Shown piece after piece: positions 35,186-44,231 of a stretch of DNA of 64,000 bases. Under the pieces are notes generated by a model. That model was not told the DNA's origin and made no database searches. It saw only the letters and a list, made by a program, of their open reading frames with translations. This DNA is from Bacillota bacterium (lineage in GTDB: Bacteria > Bacillota > Clostridia > Peptostreptococcales > Anaerovoracaceae): positions 1,226-65,225 of the forward strand of contig JAUNDC010000009.1 of NCBI GenBank assembly GCA_030526355.1, given 5' to 3'. Numbering within the stretch: position 1 is the stretch's first letter; every line of letters starts with the position of its first letter. The translations under genes were made by a program, and so were the position numbers.

Positions 35186-37063
35186 ATGAAAATCAGCAAC
35201 AGAAACGAATTAATAAAGCGCAGAGAAGAGTACCTGTCTCATCTTGGCACCCAAAAGAAAAAAGTATATGTCTGCGGCGGAACAGGCTGCGTTGCCGGCG
35301 GATCAATGGAAATATACGCACAGCTTCAGAAGCTTATCGATGAAAAGGGACTGAACTGCGATGTTTCCCTGGCAGAAGATGCATGCGAAGACAGCATCGG
35401 ACTCAAAAAGAGCGGATGCCACGGCTTCTGCGAAATGGGGCCTGTACTGAGAATCGAGCCTGCCAAGCTTTTTTATCTCAAGGTCAAGCCTGAAAACTGC
35501 GAAGAAATCGTAGAAAAATCCATTGCAGGCGATGAAATCGTAGAAGACCTTATCTATACAAGAGACGGTATCAAATATCCTGTACAGGAGGAGATTCCGT
35601 TCTACAAGCACCAGACAAGAATCGTACTGGAGGACTGCGGACAGATAGATGCAGAATCCATCAGAGAATACATAGCCTATGGCGGATACAGTTCACTGGA
35701 AAAATGCCTCTTTGACATCGACCGTGATGAAATCGTTAAAACAATCTACGATTCAAACCTTCGCGGCAGAGGCGGCGGCGGCTTCCCGGCAGGCAGAAAA
35801 TGGACTCAGGTCAAGGCTCAGAAGTCACCGATAAAATACGTTGTATGCAACGGCGACGAGGGAGACCCTGGTGCATTCATGGACAGAAGTATCATGGAAG
35901 GTGACCCTCACAAGATGCTGGAAGGTATGATGATTGCAGGCTATGCTGCAGGAGCAACAGAAGGCTATATCTATGTAAGAGCTGAATATCCTCTGGCAGT
36001 TGAAAGACTGGAAAGAGCTATAGCACAGGCAAGAGAAGTAGGCATCCTCGGAGAGAATATTCTGGGCACGGATTTCTGCTTCGACATTCACATCGTCAAG
36101 GGTGCAGGCGCTTTCGTATGCGGCGAAGGAAGTGCTCTGACAACATCCATCGAAGGATACAGAGGAATGCCTAGAGTTAAGCCTCCTAGAACAGTTGAAC
36201 AGGGACTTTTTGGCAAGCCGACACTTCTCAACAACGTAGAGACCTTTGCCAACGTACCTATCATCATCGAAAAGGGCGCTGACTGGTACAAGACAATAGG
36301 CCCTGAAAAGAGCCCTGGAACAAAAGCCTTCGCTCTCACAGGAAACATCGTTAACACAGGCCTTATCGAGGTTCCGATGGGAACTACATTAAGACAGATC
36401 ATATATGATATCGGCGGCGGCATCAGAGGCGGTAAGAAATTCAAGGCAGTACAGATCGGCGGACCTTCAGGCGGATGTCTGACAGAAGAACACCTCGACC
36501 TGCCTCTCGACTTTGACAGTCTCAAAAAGGCCGGTGCTATGATCGGTTCAGGCGGACTGGTTGTTATGGACGAGGACACCTGCATGGTAGAGGTTGCAAG
36601 ATTCTTCATGAACTTCACTCAGAACGAGTCCTGCGGAAAGTGCGTACCTTGCAGAGAAGGCACAAGAAGAATGCTTGACATTCTGGAAAAGATCGTTGCA
36701 GGAAATGGCGAAATGTCAGATCTCGATACTCTGGAAAAGCTTGCCGACACCATCACTTCAACAGCACTCTGCGGTCTCGGAAAAACTGCCGCAAATCCTG
36801 TTGTATCAACCCTCAAGTACTTCAGAGACGAATATGTTGAACATATCGTTGACAAGAAGTGCAGAACAAAGAACTGCCAGGCTCTCAAAACAATCTACAT
36901 TGAAGCCGAAAGCTGCAAGGGATGCTCACTCTGCTCAAGAGTCTGTCCTGTAGAAGCTATTTCAGGCAAGGTAAAAGAGCCGTTCACAATTGACTCAAGC
37001 AAGTGCATCAAGTGCGGTGCATGTATCGAAAAATGCAAGTTCAACGCCATTAAGGAGGGCTAA
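35186..37063 (+). CDS. hydB: [FeFe]-hydrogenase subunit HydB (NuoF-like, FMN/NAD(H)-binding, Fe-S)
   Basis: GRGGGGFPAGRKW, CNGDEGDPGAF, ESCGKCVPCREG and two C-terminal ferredoxin CxxCxxCxxxCP motifs. Confidence 0.9.
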   Translation: MKISNRNELIKRREEYLSHLGTQKKKVYVCGGTGCVAGGSMEIYAQLQKLIDEKGLNCDVSLAEDACEDSIGLKKSGCHGFCEMGPVLRIEPAKLFYLKVKPENCEEIVEKSIAGDEIVEDLIYTRDGIKYPVQEEIPFYKHQTRIVLEDCGQIDAESIREYIAYGGYSSLEKCLFDIDRDEIVKTIYDSNLRGRGGGGFPAGRKWTQVKAQKSPIKYVVCNGDEGDPGAFMDRSIMEGDPHKMLEGMMIAGYAAGATEGYIYVRAEYPLAVERLERAIAQAREVGILGENILGTDFCFDIHIVKGAGAFVCGEGSALTTSIEGYRGMPRVKPPRTVEQGLFGKPTLLNNVETFANVPIIIEKGADWYKTIGPEKSPGTKAFALTGNIVNTGLIEVPMGTTLRQIIYDIGGGIRGGKKFKAVQIGGPSGGCLTEEHLDLPLDFDSLKKAGAMIGSGGLVVMDEDTCMVEVARFFMNFTQNESCGKCVPCREGTRRMLDILEKIVAGNGEMSDLDTLEKLADTITSTALCGLGKTAANPVVSTLKYFRDEYVEHIVDKKCRTKNCQALKTIYIEAESCKGCSLCSRVCPVEAISGKVKEPFTIDSSKCIKCGACIEKCKFNAIKEG

Positions 37064-37065
37064 AG

Positions 37066-38775
37066 ATGAATACGATAAATAATAAAAGAACTATGACCGT
37101 AAACGGAATGCCTGTACCTATCGAAGGCGAAAAGAACCTGCTGGAAATAATCAGAAAAGCGGGCTTCGACATGCCTACACTTTGCTACTATTCGAAGCTT
37201 TCAACATATGGTGCATGCAGAATGTGTATCGTTGAAGATAAAAGAGGCGACATCATGGCTTCATGCTCCACACCTCCTAGAGCAGGTATGGAGATCAAGA
37301 CAAACACACCGAGACTCAGAGAATACAGAAAGATGATTCTGGAGCTGATGCTGGCAGACCACAACAGAGACTGTACTACATGTGATAAGAGACAGAACTG
37401 TCAGCTGAAGGAGCTGGCTGAACGTTTCGGAATTAATGACGTGCGTTTTGAAACATACAGCATGGACGGAACAAAGGATTTCTCATCTCCTGCCATCATC
37501 CGTCATCCTGACAAGTGCATTCTCTGCGGGGACTGCGTACGCGTATGCGACGAAATCCAGAGAGTAGGCGCCATCGACTTCGTTAACAGAGGCTCAAAGA
37601 TGGAAGTACAGCCGGCCTTCAACATGCCTATAGCGGAAACAAAATGTGTAAACTGCGGACAGTGTGCAGCAGTATGTCCTACAGCTGCCATCACTATCAA
37701 GAGCAACGTTGCAGAGCTCTGGGAAATGCTGGCTGATGACAATACAATCGTTCAGGCACAGATTGCACCGGCAGTAAGAGTTGCTCTCGGAGACGAATTC
37801 AACTTCGAAAAGGGCGAAAACGTAATGGGCAAAATCGTTGCAGCTCTCAGAAAAATCGGTTTTGATGACGTATATGACACAGCAACAGGTGCTGACTTTA
37901 CAGTAATAGAGGAAGCAAGAGAGTTCGTGTCCAAGCTGGAAAGCGGCGAAAAACTGCCACTCTTCACATCATGCTGCCCTGCATGGTTCAAGTATGCAGA
38001 GAACTATCATCCTGAACTTCTGGACAACCTCTCCAGCTGCAAATCACCGATGGAAATGTTCGGTTCCATTTTAAAGGAAAAGGCTAACAGACAGGCGGCT
38101 GAAACCAAGACAAAGAAAAAGACAAAGGTCGTAGCCATCATGCCTTGTACTGCAAAGAAGCACGAAATACATCAGGAGCGTGGTATGTTCGAGGGTGAAC
38201 AGGCTGTTGATCTGTCCATCACAACTCAGGAGCTGGCAACTATGATCAGAGAGACAGGTCTGAACTTCGAAGAACTTCAGCCTGAACCTATTGATATGCC
38301 GTTCGGTATCGCCAGCGGTGCAGGAATCATCTTCGGTGTAACCGGCGGTGTAACAGAAGCGGTTATCAGACACGTTATAGATCCTGAGGACAGAAACACT
38401 CTTGCCGAAATCGCTTTCACAGGAGTAAGAGGTCTTGAAGGTGTCAAGGAAGTCAAGCTTCCTTACGGAGAAGACAGAGAAATCTCAATCGCTATCGTAA
38501 GCGGTCTGAGAAATGCAGAAAACCTTATTCAGGCGATCCAGAAAGGCGAAGCTTACTATGACTTCATCGAGGTTATGGCATGCAAGGGCGGATGCATCGC
38601 AGGCGCAGGACAGCCGTTCGTTGAAGACAGAGCAAGAGCCGAAAGATCCGAAGGTATGTATGAAGCAGACAGAATGTCAAATGTACGCACATCACAGAGC
38701 AACCCTATCGCAGAAGCTCTCTACAAGGATCTTCTCAAGGGTGACAATGCACACAGACTGCTTCACTATAAATAA
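37066..38775 (+). CDS. hydA: [FeFe]-hydrogenase catalytic subunit HydA
   Basis: H-cluster motifs TSCCPAW, MPCTAKKHE and EVMACKGGCIAGAGQP, plus N-terminal 2Fe-2S/4Fe-4S Cys clusters. Confidence 0.95.
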   Translation: MNTINNKRTMTVNGMPVPIEGEKNLLEIIRKAGFDMPTLCYYSKLSTYGACRMCIVEDKRGDIMASCSTPPRAGMEIKTNTPRLREYRKMILELMLADHNRDCTTCDKRQNCQLKELAERFGINDVRFETYSMDGTKDFSSPAIIRHPDKCILCGDCVRVCDEIQRVGAIDFVNRGSKMEVQPAFNMPIAETKCVNCGQCAAVCPTAAITIKSNVAELWEMLADDNTIVQAQIAPAVRVALGDEFNFEKGENVMGKIVAALRKIGFDDVYDTATGADFTVIEEAREFVSKLESGEKLPLFTSCCPAWFKYAENYHPELLDNLSSCKSPMEMFGSILKEKANRQAAETKTKKKTKVVAIMPCTAKKHEIHQERGMFEGEQAVDLSITTQELATMIRETGLNFEELQPEPIDMPFGIASGAGIIFGVTGGVTEAVIRHVIDPEDRNTLAEIAFTGVRGLEGVKEVKLPYGEDREISIAIVSGLRNAENLIQAIQKGEAYYDFIEVMACKGGCIAGAGQPFVEDRARAERSEGMYEADRMSNVRTSQSNPIAEALYKDLLKGDNAHRLLHYK

Positions 38776-38824
38776 GACTGATTTCTGACAAATGTAATAA
38801 GTAATTCCCTTACCAAAATCCCAA

Positions 38825-38874
38825 AGAAGGAGCCTCACTCAACAACTGACAAGTTATCGGGCGAGGCTCCTTCT
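38825..38874. terminator. Bidirectional terminator with a 26-nt loop
   Basis: AGAAGGAGCCTC (38825-38836) pairs perfectly (12 bp) with GAGGCTCCTTCT (38863-38874). It lies between convergent hydA and the 181-aa gene. Confidence 0.55.
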
Positions 38875-38928
38875 ATATTCGTTTATGAACACTAAGTTAA
38901 ACAATGCTGCAAAAAGCACGTGTGCACT

Positions 38929-39474
38929 TTACAGCTCTCCGCAAGTTCCTACAGGAACCGCTCCGCCTATAGCATCAATCACTGCATCTGTTCTTTCCTT
39001 GTCAAACCAGCTGCAAAGCTCGATAAATGCGATACCACCATCAGCTAGACCCTTGGCAGCATCCTTTGCCTGCTCCAGATCCTTGACAAATATTGCAGTA
39101 GTATCACAGTCATCACACTTAAGCTCGAACTGCTGAGGCGTTTCAACACCGCGCATTACTATTACGATACCGTAAGTAGGCAGATCCTCCAGCTTGCCTA
39201 ACTTTTCCATTTCTGCCGGCATGTAATCCGCATGTCTGATTTTCACATCAGCGCCTGCAGCCTCCTGAATATCTGCTGTGATGGCATCATCAAAATCCCC
39301 GCACAGGTTGAACAGGGTATACCCATCATCAGCCAGGCTCTTTACGTAATCCTTTGCAGACTCCACACCGTCAACACCCACAACAAGGTTATAGCTTTCA
39401 GCATTTTCGTAAACAGCTGAATATGTATCAGGATTCTGTCCCGGCATGTTGATGATATAAGCAAATTTTAACAT
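38929..39474 (-). CDS. Hypothetical protein, internal tandem duplication of a ~85-aa domain (DUF6506-like from memory)
   Basis: The two halves align: ..VGVDGVESAKDYVKSLADDGYTLFNLCGDFDD..IQEAAG with ..IFVKDLEQAKDAAKGLADGGIAFIELCSWFDK..IDAIGG. AAGGAGG SD. Confidence 0.5.
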   Translation of the reverse strand: MLKFAYIINMPGQNPDTYSAVYENAESYNLVVGVDGVESAKDYVKSLADDGYTLFNLCGDFDDAITADIQEAAGADVKIRHADYMPAEMEKLGKLEDLPTYGIVIVMRGVETPQQFELKCDDCDTTAIFVKDLEQAKDAAKGLADGGIAFIELCSWFDKERTDAVIDAIGGAVPVGTCGEL

Positions 39475-39714
39475 TTCGTACCTCCTTAAAACGCATTTGT
39501 GTAGAATTCGTTTTTTAAATGAATTTCTATGTTTTACCTAATAATAGCACCTAAGGTTTTGAAGTTCAATAATTATGTAACTATTCGAAAAAGTATACAT
39601 AATTCATTGCCCCCTCACCATCTCGCCCCAGCACCGCAGGGCATTGACTATTGCCCCGTTTTGTGATTTTTAGTATAATTTAACTGCAATACTTCTGAAA
39701 GGACCCGTCATCAT

Positions 39715-40659
39715 ATGGGAACAGTTGAAATAATCACAGCATTAACAAAAACGTTTATTATAATATTACCAGGATATATATTAAAAAAAAACGGCATACT
39801 GACGAAGGAATACACTGAAGGGATGTCGTCCCTGATCACATACATAACATATCCGTGCCTGGTTATCAGTGCTATGCAGATGGAATTTTCCATGAGAGTT
39901 CTGAATAACTGCAAATACGTTGTTCTGATTTTCATGGGCGTGATTCTCACAGCCATGCTGCTTTCGAAGCTAATTGCCAGATTTGCAAAGCTTCCGGCAT
40001 CGCAGTCAGGTCTGCTGACCTTTATGCTTGTTTTCGGCAACACCGGATTCATAGGACTGCCTGTCCTCAACGGGCTCTTTGGACACGAGGCTGTATTCTA
40101 CGGAGCTTTGTGCGATGCTTCCTACGATGTATTCATGTTCACAATAGGGCTGTCACTGATTCAGAGCTCTGCGGCCGGAGAAAAAAAGGGCAGGATTACC
40201 GACACCCTCAAGGGGCTTGCAAATCCGTGCTTTTTCGGCGTTATCATTGGGCTTACACTTTACATATCAGGCATAACCCTGCCGGATATCATAGGCGGTC
40301 CTGTTCAGTCCATAGGCTCTGTAACAAGTCCTCTGGCTATGATCATTGTGGGCTCGCACCTGGCCGACATCAGATTCAAGGAACTGTTTACCAGCAAATA
40401 CAGCTATCTGGTATGCTTCCTGAAGCTGATTATCTCGCCTGCAATAGCCCTGATACTTGTGAAGCTGTTTATCGGCACAGGGTCACTTCTGGCAACAGTG
40501 CTGGTCATGCAGGCAGCCATGCCTGTGGCAATGTGTTCCGTTATCTTCTCGGAACAGTACAAGGCTGACGTATCCTTTGCAACAAAAGGTGTATTGCTTA
40601 CAACTCTGATGTGTATTATTACCATACCTCTGTATGCGATACTATTACAGAACATATAA
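39715..40659 (+). CDS. AEC-family (auxin efflux carrier-like) transporter
   Basis: 10-TM protein with typical ..FGNTGFIGLPV.. and ..MPVAM.. segments. Confidence 0.75.
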   Translation: MGTVEIITALTKTFIIILPGYILKKNGILTKEYTEGMSSLITYITYPCLVISAMQMEFSMRVLNNCKYVVLIFMGVILTAMLLSKLIARFAKLPASQSGLLTFMLVFGNTGFIGLPVLNGLFGHEAVFYGALCDASYDVFMFTIGLSLIQSSAAGEKKGRITDTLKGLANPCFFGVIIGLTLYISGITLPDIIGGPVQSIGSVTSPLAMIIVGSHLADIRFKELFTSKYSYLVCFLKLIISPAIALILVKLFIGTGSLLATVLVMQAAMPVAMCSVIFSEQYKADVSFATKGVLLTTLMCIITIPLYAILLQNI

Positions 40660-40686
40660 TCTGATTTGAATAAAGAAGGAGCTTTT

Positions 40687-42837
40687 ATGGAAACTATCGG
40701 TACACTTCTGGAGCTGGCAGGAATATATTTTACGACTGCCGTCCGCTGGATATTCATGATACTGTCGCTGTTCATACTGGCACGTCAGATCCGCTCTCTT
40801 CTCAGAGCCAAGAACCCATCGGAAATATGGGCCTATCTGGGCTGCCCGGACGGAACCAGTGTGCCTCTCACACACTGGGAGAACCTGATCGGACGCGGCC
40901 GCGGATGCGACGTAATACTCAATCTCAACAGCGTGTCAAGAAGCCATGCAACGCTGATACGCGATTCTGCCGGGGTCTGGAAATTCAATGACCTCAACTC
41001 AAAAAACGGTTCATCCATCAACGGCGTCCGTGTTAAAGAGCCTACGGTGCTCAAAGCGGGAGATGTGCTTACCATCGGAGGGGCAGATTTCACACTTTAT
41101 CCGGTAAGCCTTGAAGAGAGGATGTCGAACATAGAGAGGCGAAAGCAGAAGACCACCCCTGTGTCACCATGGCCTACTCTTGTGGCTCTCACCCTGTTCC
41201 AGCTTCTCACCGTAATACAGTTCAAGGTGTCTCTGGGAGAGGATTTCCCTGCGCAGCTGCCGCTTGCGTACGGGCTTCTGTGTGCCCTGATGTGGGCATA
41301 TGTTATCGTGCTGAGACTTTTCAGACGCGTAGGCTTCGAGATGGAAATGATAGCGTTCTACCTTTCCACCCTGAGTCTTGCAGTCACCACCTCAGCATAT
41401 CCCGGCTCTGTTTTTAAGCAGGCAATATGTGTACTTCTGGGTGTTGTACTTTTCTTCGGACTGTGCTGGTATCTGAGAGACCTTAACAGAACCAAGAAAA
41501 TCATATATATTCTTATGGGTATCAGTGCATTCCTGCTCATAGTCAACCTGGTATTCGGGACTGTCAAATACGGTGCTGCCAACTGGATATCCATAGGCGG
41601 CTTCTCGATGCAGCCGTCCGAGCTCGTTAAAATAGTATTCATTTTTGTCGGAGCTGCTACTCTGGACGATCTTCAGCAGAAAAAGAACTTGACCATATTC
41701 ATGGGCTTTTCGGTTTTCTGTCTGGGATGTCTTGCCATTATGGGAGACTTCGGCACAGCGATAATATTCTTTGTGACCTTCCTTGTCATATCCTTCCTGC
41801 GAAGCGGAGACTTCTCCAAGCTTATACTCATCGTCGGGGCTGCAGGTCTGATGGGCATGATGGTTCTCAGATTCAAGCCTTATATCGCAACCCGCTTCGA
41901 TACCTGGGGACATGTCTGGGATGACCCGACAGGAGGCGGATTCCAGCAGGTTCAGGTAATGACCTCTGCCGCCAGCGGAGGACTGGTGGGGCTTGGTGCC
42001 GGAGAAGGAAATCTCACCGATGTAGCAGCCGCCAGCACCGACCTCGTATACGGAGTACTGTCAGAGGAGTGGGGCATGATAATTGCCATTCTTGCAGTGC
42101 TTTGTATTATTACTCTCGGCGTATTTGCTGTCCGCTCGATAATTGCAGGCCGTTCGACATATTACAGCATCGCCGCCTGCGCAGCCACATCACTGTTCAT
42201 TTTCCAGACTATACTGAATGTGTTCGGTTCCGTGGATCTGCTGCCTCTCACAGGAGTAACCTTCCCATTCGTATCATCAGGAGGCACCAGTATGATAACC
42301 TCCTGGGGCATGCTGGCATTTCTCAAGGCTGCCGATACGCGACAGAACGCCAGCATCGCAATACGGCTTGACAAGAAGGGCGAATTTGACAACGAGATGG
42401 AAAGCGAAGGACCTTATGAACCGGAGGAGATTATTCGCGAGGTCAAGGGAGGCAGACCTGTACAAAACAGATTTAACCAGATGGATTACACTTATCACAA
42501 CGATAAGCCTACTATAACAAAAACACAGGTATCCTCAAAGAAACGCTCTGTACAATATCGTGATCTTTCGGATGATGCATTCTTTGAGAGGCTTGAGCAT
42601 CAGAAGCCAACATCCTCACGGTCGAATGATGATATTCTGGAAACACTCCGCAACGGACCTTCAGATGCTCCCGTACGCGCTTCGCGTTCTGCCGGCAGCC
42701 GCAAACCAGCGGACAGCCGCAAGGCTCCGAGCGGAAAAAGCAGCAGAGGATCTGCTTCATCCGGCAGAGGGCTTCCTGATGATGAGAATTACCAGCCGCT
42801 GACACTTGATGATATTTTCGGAGGCGATAAGAAATGA
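40687..42837 (+). CDS. FHA-domain / FtsW-RodA-SpoVE (SEDS) fusion protein with disordered C-terminal tail
   Basis: TM, then FHA (LIGRGRGCDVILNLNSVSRSHATL..NSKNGSSINGVRV), then a SEDS core (GDFGTAIIFF, PLTGVTFPFVSSGGTSM), then a ~170-aa S/R/K/D-rich tail. ATG 40687 is preceded by AAGGAG. Confidence 0.85.
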   Translation: METIGTLLELAGIYFTTAVRWIFMILSLFILARQIRSLLRAKNPSEIWAYLGCPDGTSVPLTHWENLIGRGRGCDVILNLNSVSRSHATLIRDSAGVWKFNDLNSKNGSSINGVRVKEPTVLKAGDVLTIGGADFTLYPVSLEERMSNIERRKQKTTPVSPWPTLVALTLFQLLTVIQFKVSLGEDFPAQLPLAYGLLCALMWAYVIVLRLFRRVGFEMEMIAFYLSTLSLAVTTSAYPGSVFKQAICVLLGVVLFFGLCWYLRDLNRTKKIIYILMGISAFLLIVNLVFGTVKYGAANWISIGGFSMQPSELVKIVFIFVGAATLDDLQQKKNLTIFMGFSVFCLGCLAIMGDFGTAIIFFVTFLVISFLRSGDFSKLILIVGAAGLMGMMVLRFKPYIATRFDTWGHVWDDPTGGGFQQVQVMTSAASGGLVGLGAGEGNLTDVAAASTDLVYGVLSEEWGMIIAILAVLCIITLGVFAVRSIIAGRSTYYSIAACAATSLFIFQTILNVFGSVDLLPLTGVTFPFVSSGGTSMITSWGMLAFLKAADTRQNASIAIRLDKKGEFDNEMESEGPYEPEEIIREVKGGRPVQNRFNQMDYTYHNDKPTITKTQVSSKKRSVQYRDLSDDAFFERLEHQKPTSSRSNDDILETLRNGPSDAPVRASRSAGSRKPADSRKAPSGKSSRGSASSGRGLPDDENYQPLTLDDIFGGDKK

Positions 42838-44201
42838 AAAAAATAGAAAAACGCGCCATAATGTGCCTCCTGCTTGCATGTGTTCTGTTTGTCGGCACAG
42901 GCGTTTTCACTTACAGATATTTCGCTTACGGCGATGAATGGGCATCCTACGAAGGTAATCGTGATCTTTATTCAGAAGGAGATCTTGCCAAGGGCTCGCT
43001 TTATGATATCAACGGCAGCCTTCTGATGAAAAACTCCTCAGAGGGTATGCAGTACAACGATGATTATTCAACACGCTGTGCCCTGATGCACATAACCGGC
43101 GACAAGGACAATAACATTTCAACAGGTGCCAACAGAGCATTCATCAACGAAATGGTCGGATATGACTTTGTCAACGGCATCTACACCCTTAACAATGAGG
43201 GGCGTGACCTGACATTGACACTGGATGCAGATGTATGCGCAGCAGCATACGATGCAATGGATGGCAGAAAAGGTACTGTAGGAGTTTACAACTACAAAAC
43301 CGGACAGATTATATGCATGGTCAGCAGCCCGACATATGACCCTGCAGACCCACCTGAAATCAACCAGTACAACGAAGACCAGTACGATGGCGTATATATC
43401 AACCGTTTCATCGATGCAACCTTCGTTCCAGGTTCCATATTCAAGCTCGTTACAGCTGCAGCTGCCATAGAAACCCTCGATGATGCCTACAGCTGGGAAA
43501 TCACCTGCACAGGTTCTGTCGACTACGGCCATGGCGACGAGGTTACCGATCTGGCAGTTCACGGCACGGTAGATCTGAAAAAAGCACTTGAAGTTTCCTG
43601 CAACTGTTATTTCGGTCAGCTTGCCGAAAAGCTGGGGCCGGGAAAGCTTGAGGAATATGTCAAGAAGGCAGGCCTTTCAAAATCAATAGATATCAACGGA
43701 ATCGATACTGCAAAGAGCACGTTCGACTTTCCCGACTCCGGTGTCAGTCTTGCCTGGACAGGAATCGGACAGTATCACGATATGGTAAATCCTTGTTCCA
43801 TGATGGTTTACATGGGTGCAATAGCCAACAATGGCACAGCGGTAATGCCATACATTATCGAACCTTCCTCCCTGGTCACAAACTACTTCAAAAAGATACC
43901 TAAGGTAGGAACAAAAACAAAAGATATGATAGAATCCTCCACAGCATCATCCCTCAAAGACATGATGGCGAACAATGTGGAAAACAACTATGGGTCAGGT
44001 AACTTCCCGGGACTTGAAATCTGCGCTAAATCCGGAACCGCTGAGGTAGGCAACGGCAACAAGCCGAATGCATGGTTTGCAGGCTTTCTCAATGACGATG
44101 CCCACCCGTATGCTTTCATAGTGCTGGTGGAAAACGGCGGCTATGGCTCAGAAGCAGCTGGTTCTGTTGCCAATAAGGTTCTGCAGGAAGCCGTTAATTA
44201 A
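42834..44201 (+). CDS. Class B penicillin-binding protein (transpeptidase)
   Basis: ATGA overlap with the SEDS gene. SxxK (GSIFK), SxN (SCN) and KSG(T) motifs. Confidence 0.85.
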   Translation: MKKIEKRAIMCLLLACVLFVGTGVFTYRYFAYGDEWASYEGNRDLYSEGDLAKGSLYDINGSLLMKNSSEGMQYNDDYSTRCALMHITGDKDNNISTGANRAFINEMVGYDFVNGIYTLNNEGRDLTLTLDADVCAAAYDAMDGRKGTVGVYNYKTGQIICMVSSPTYDPADPPEINQYNEDQYDGVYINRFIDATFVPGSIFKLVTAAAAIETLDDAYSWEITCTGSVDYGHGDEVTDLAVHGTVDLKKALEVSCNCYFGQLAEKLGPGKLEEYVKKAGLSKSIDINGIDTAKSTFDFPDSGVSLAWTGIGQYHDMVNPCSMMVYMGAIANNGTAVMPYIIEPSSLVTNYFKKIPKVGTKTKDMIESSTASSLKDMMANNVENNYGSGNFPGLEICAKSGTAEVGNGNKPNAWFAGFLNDDAHPYAFIVLVENGGYGSEAAGSVANKVLQEAVN

Positions 44202-44231
44202 TCAGCCAACCCGTTTATGCAGACAGCCGGT

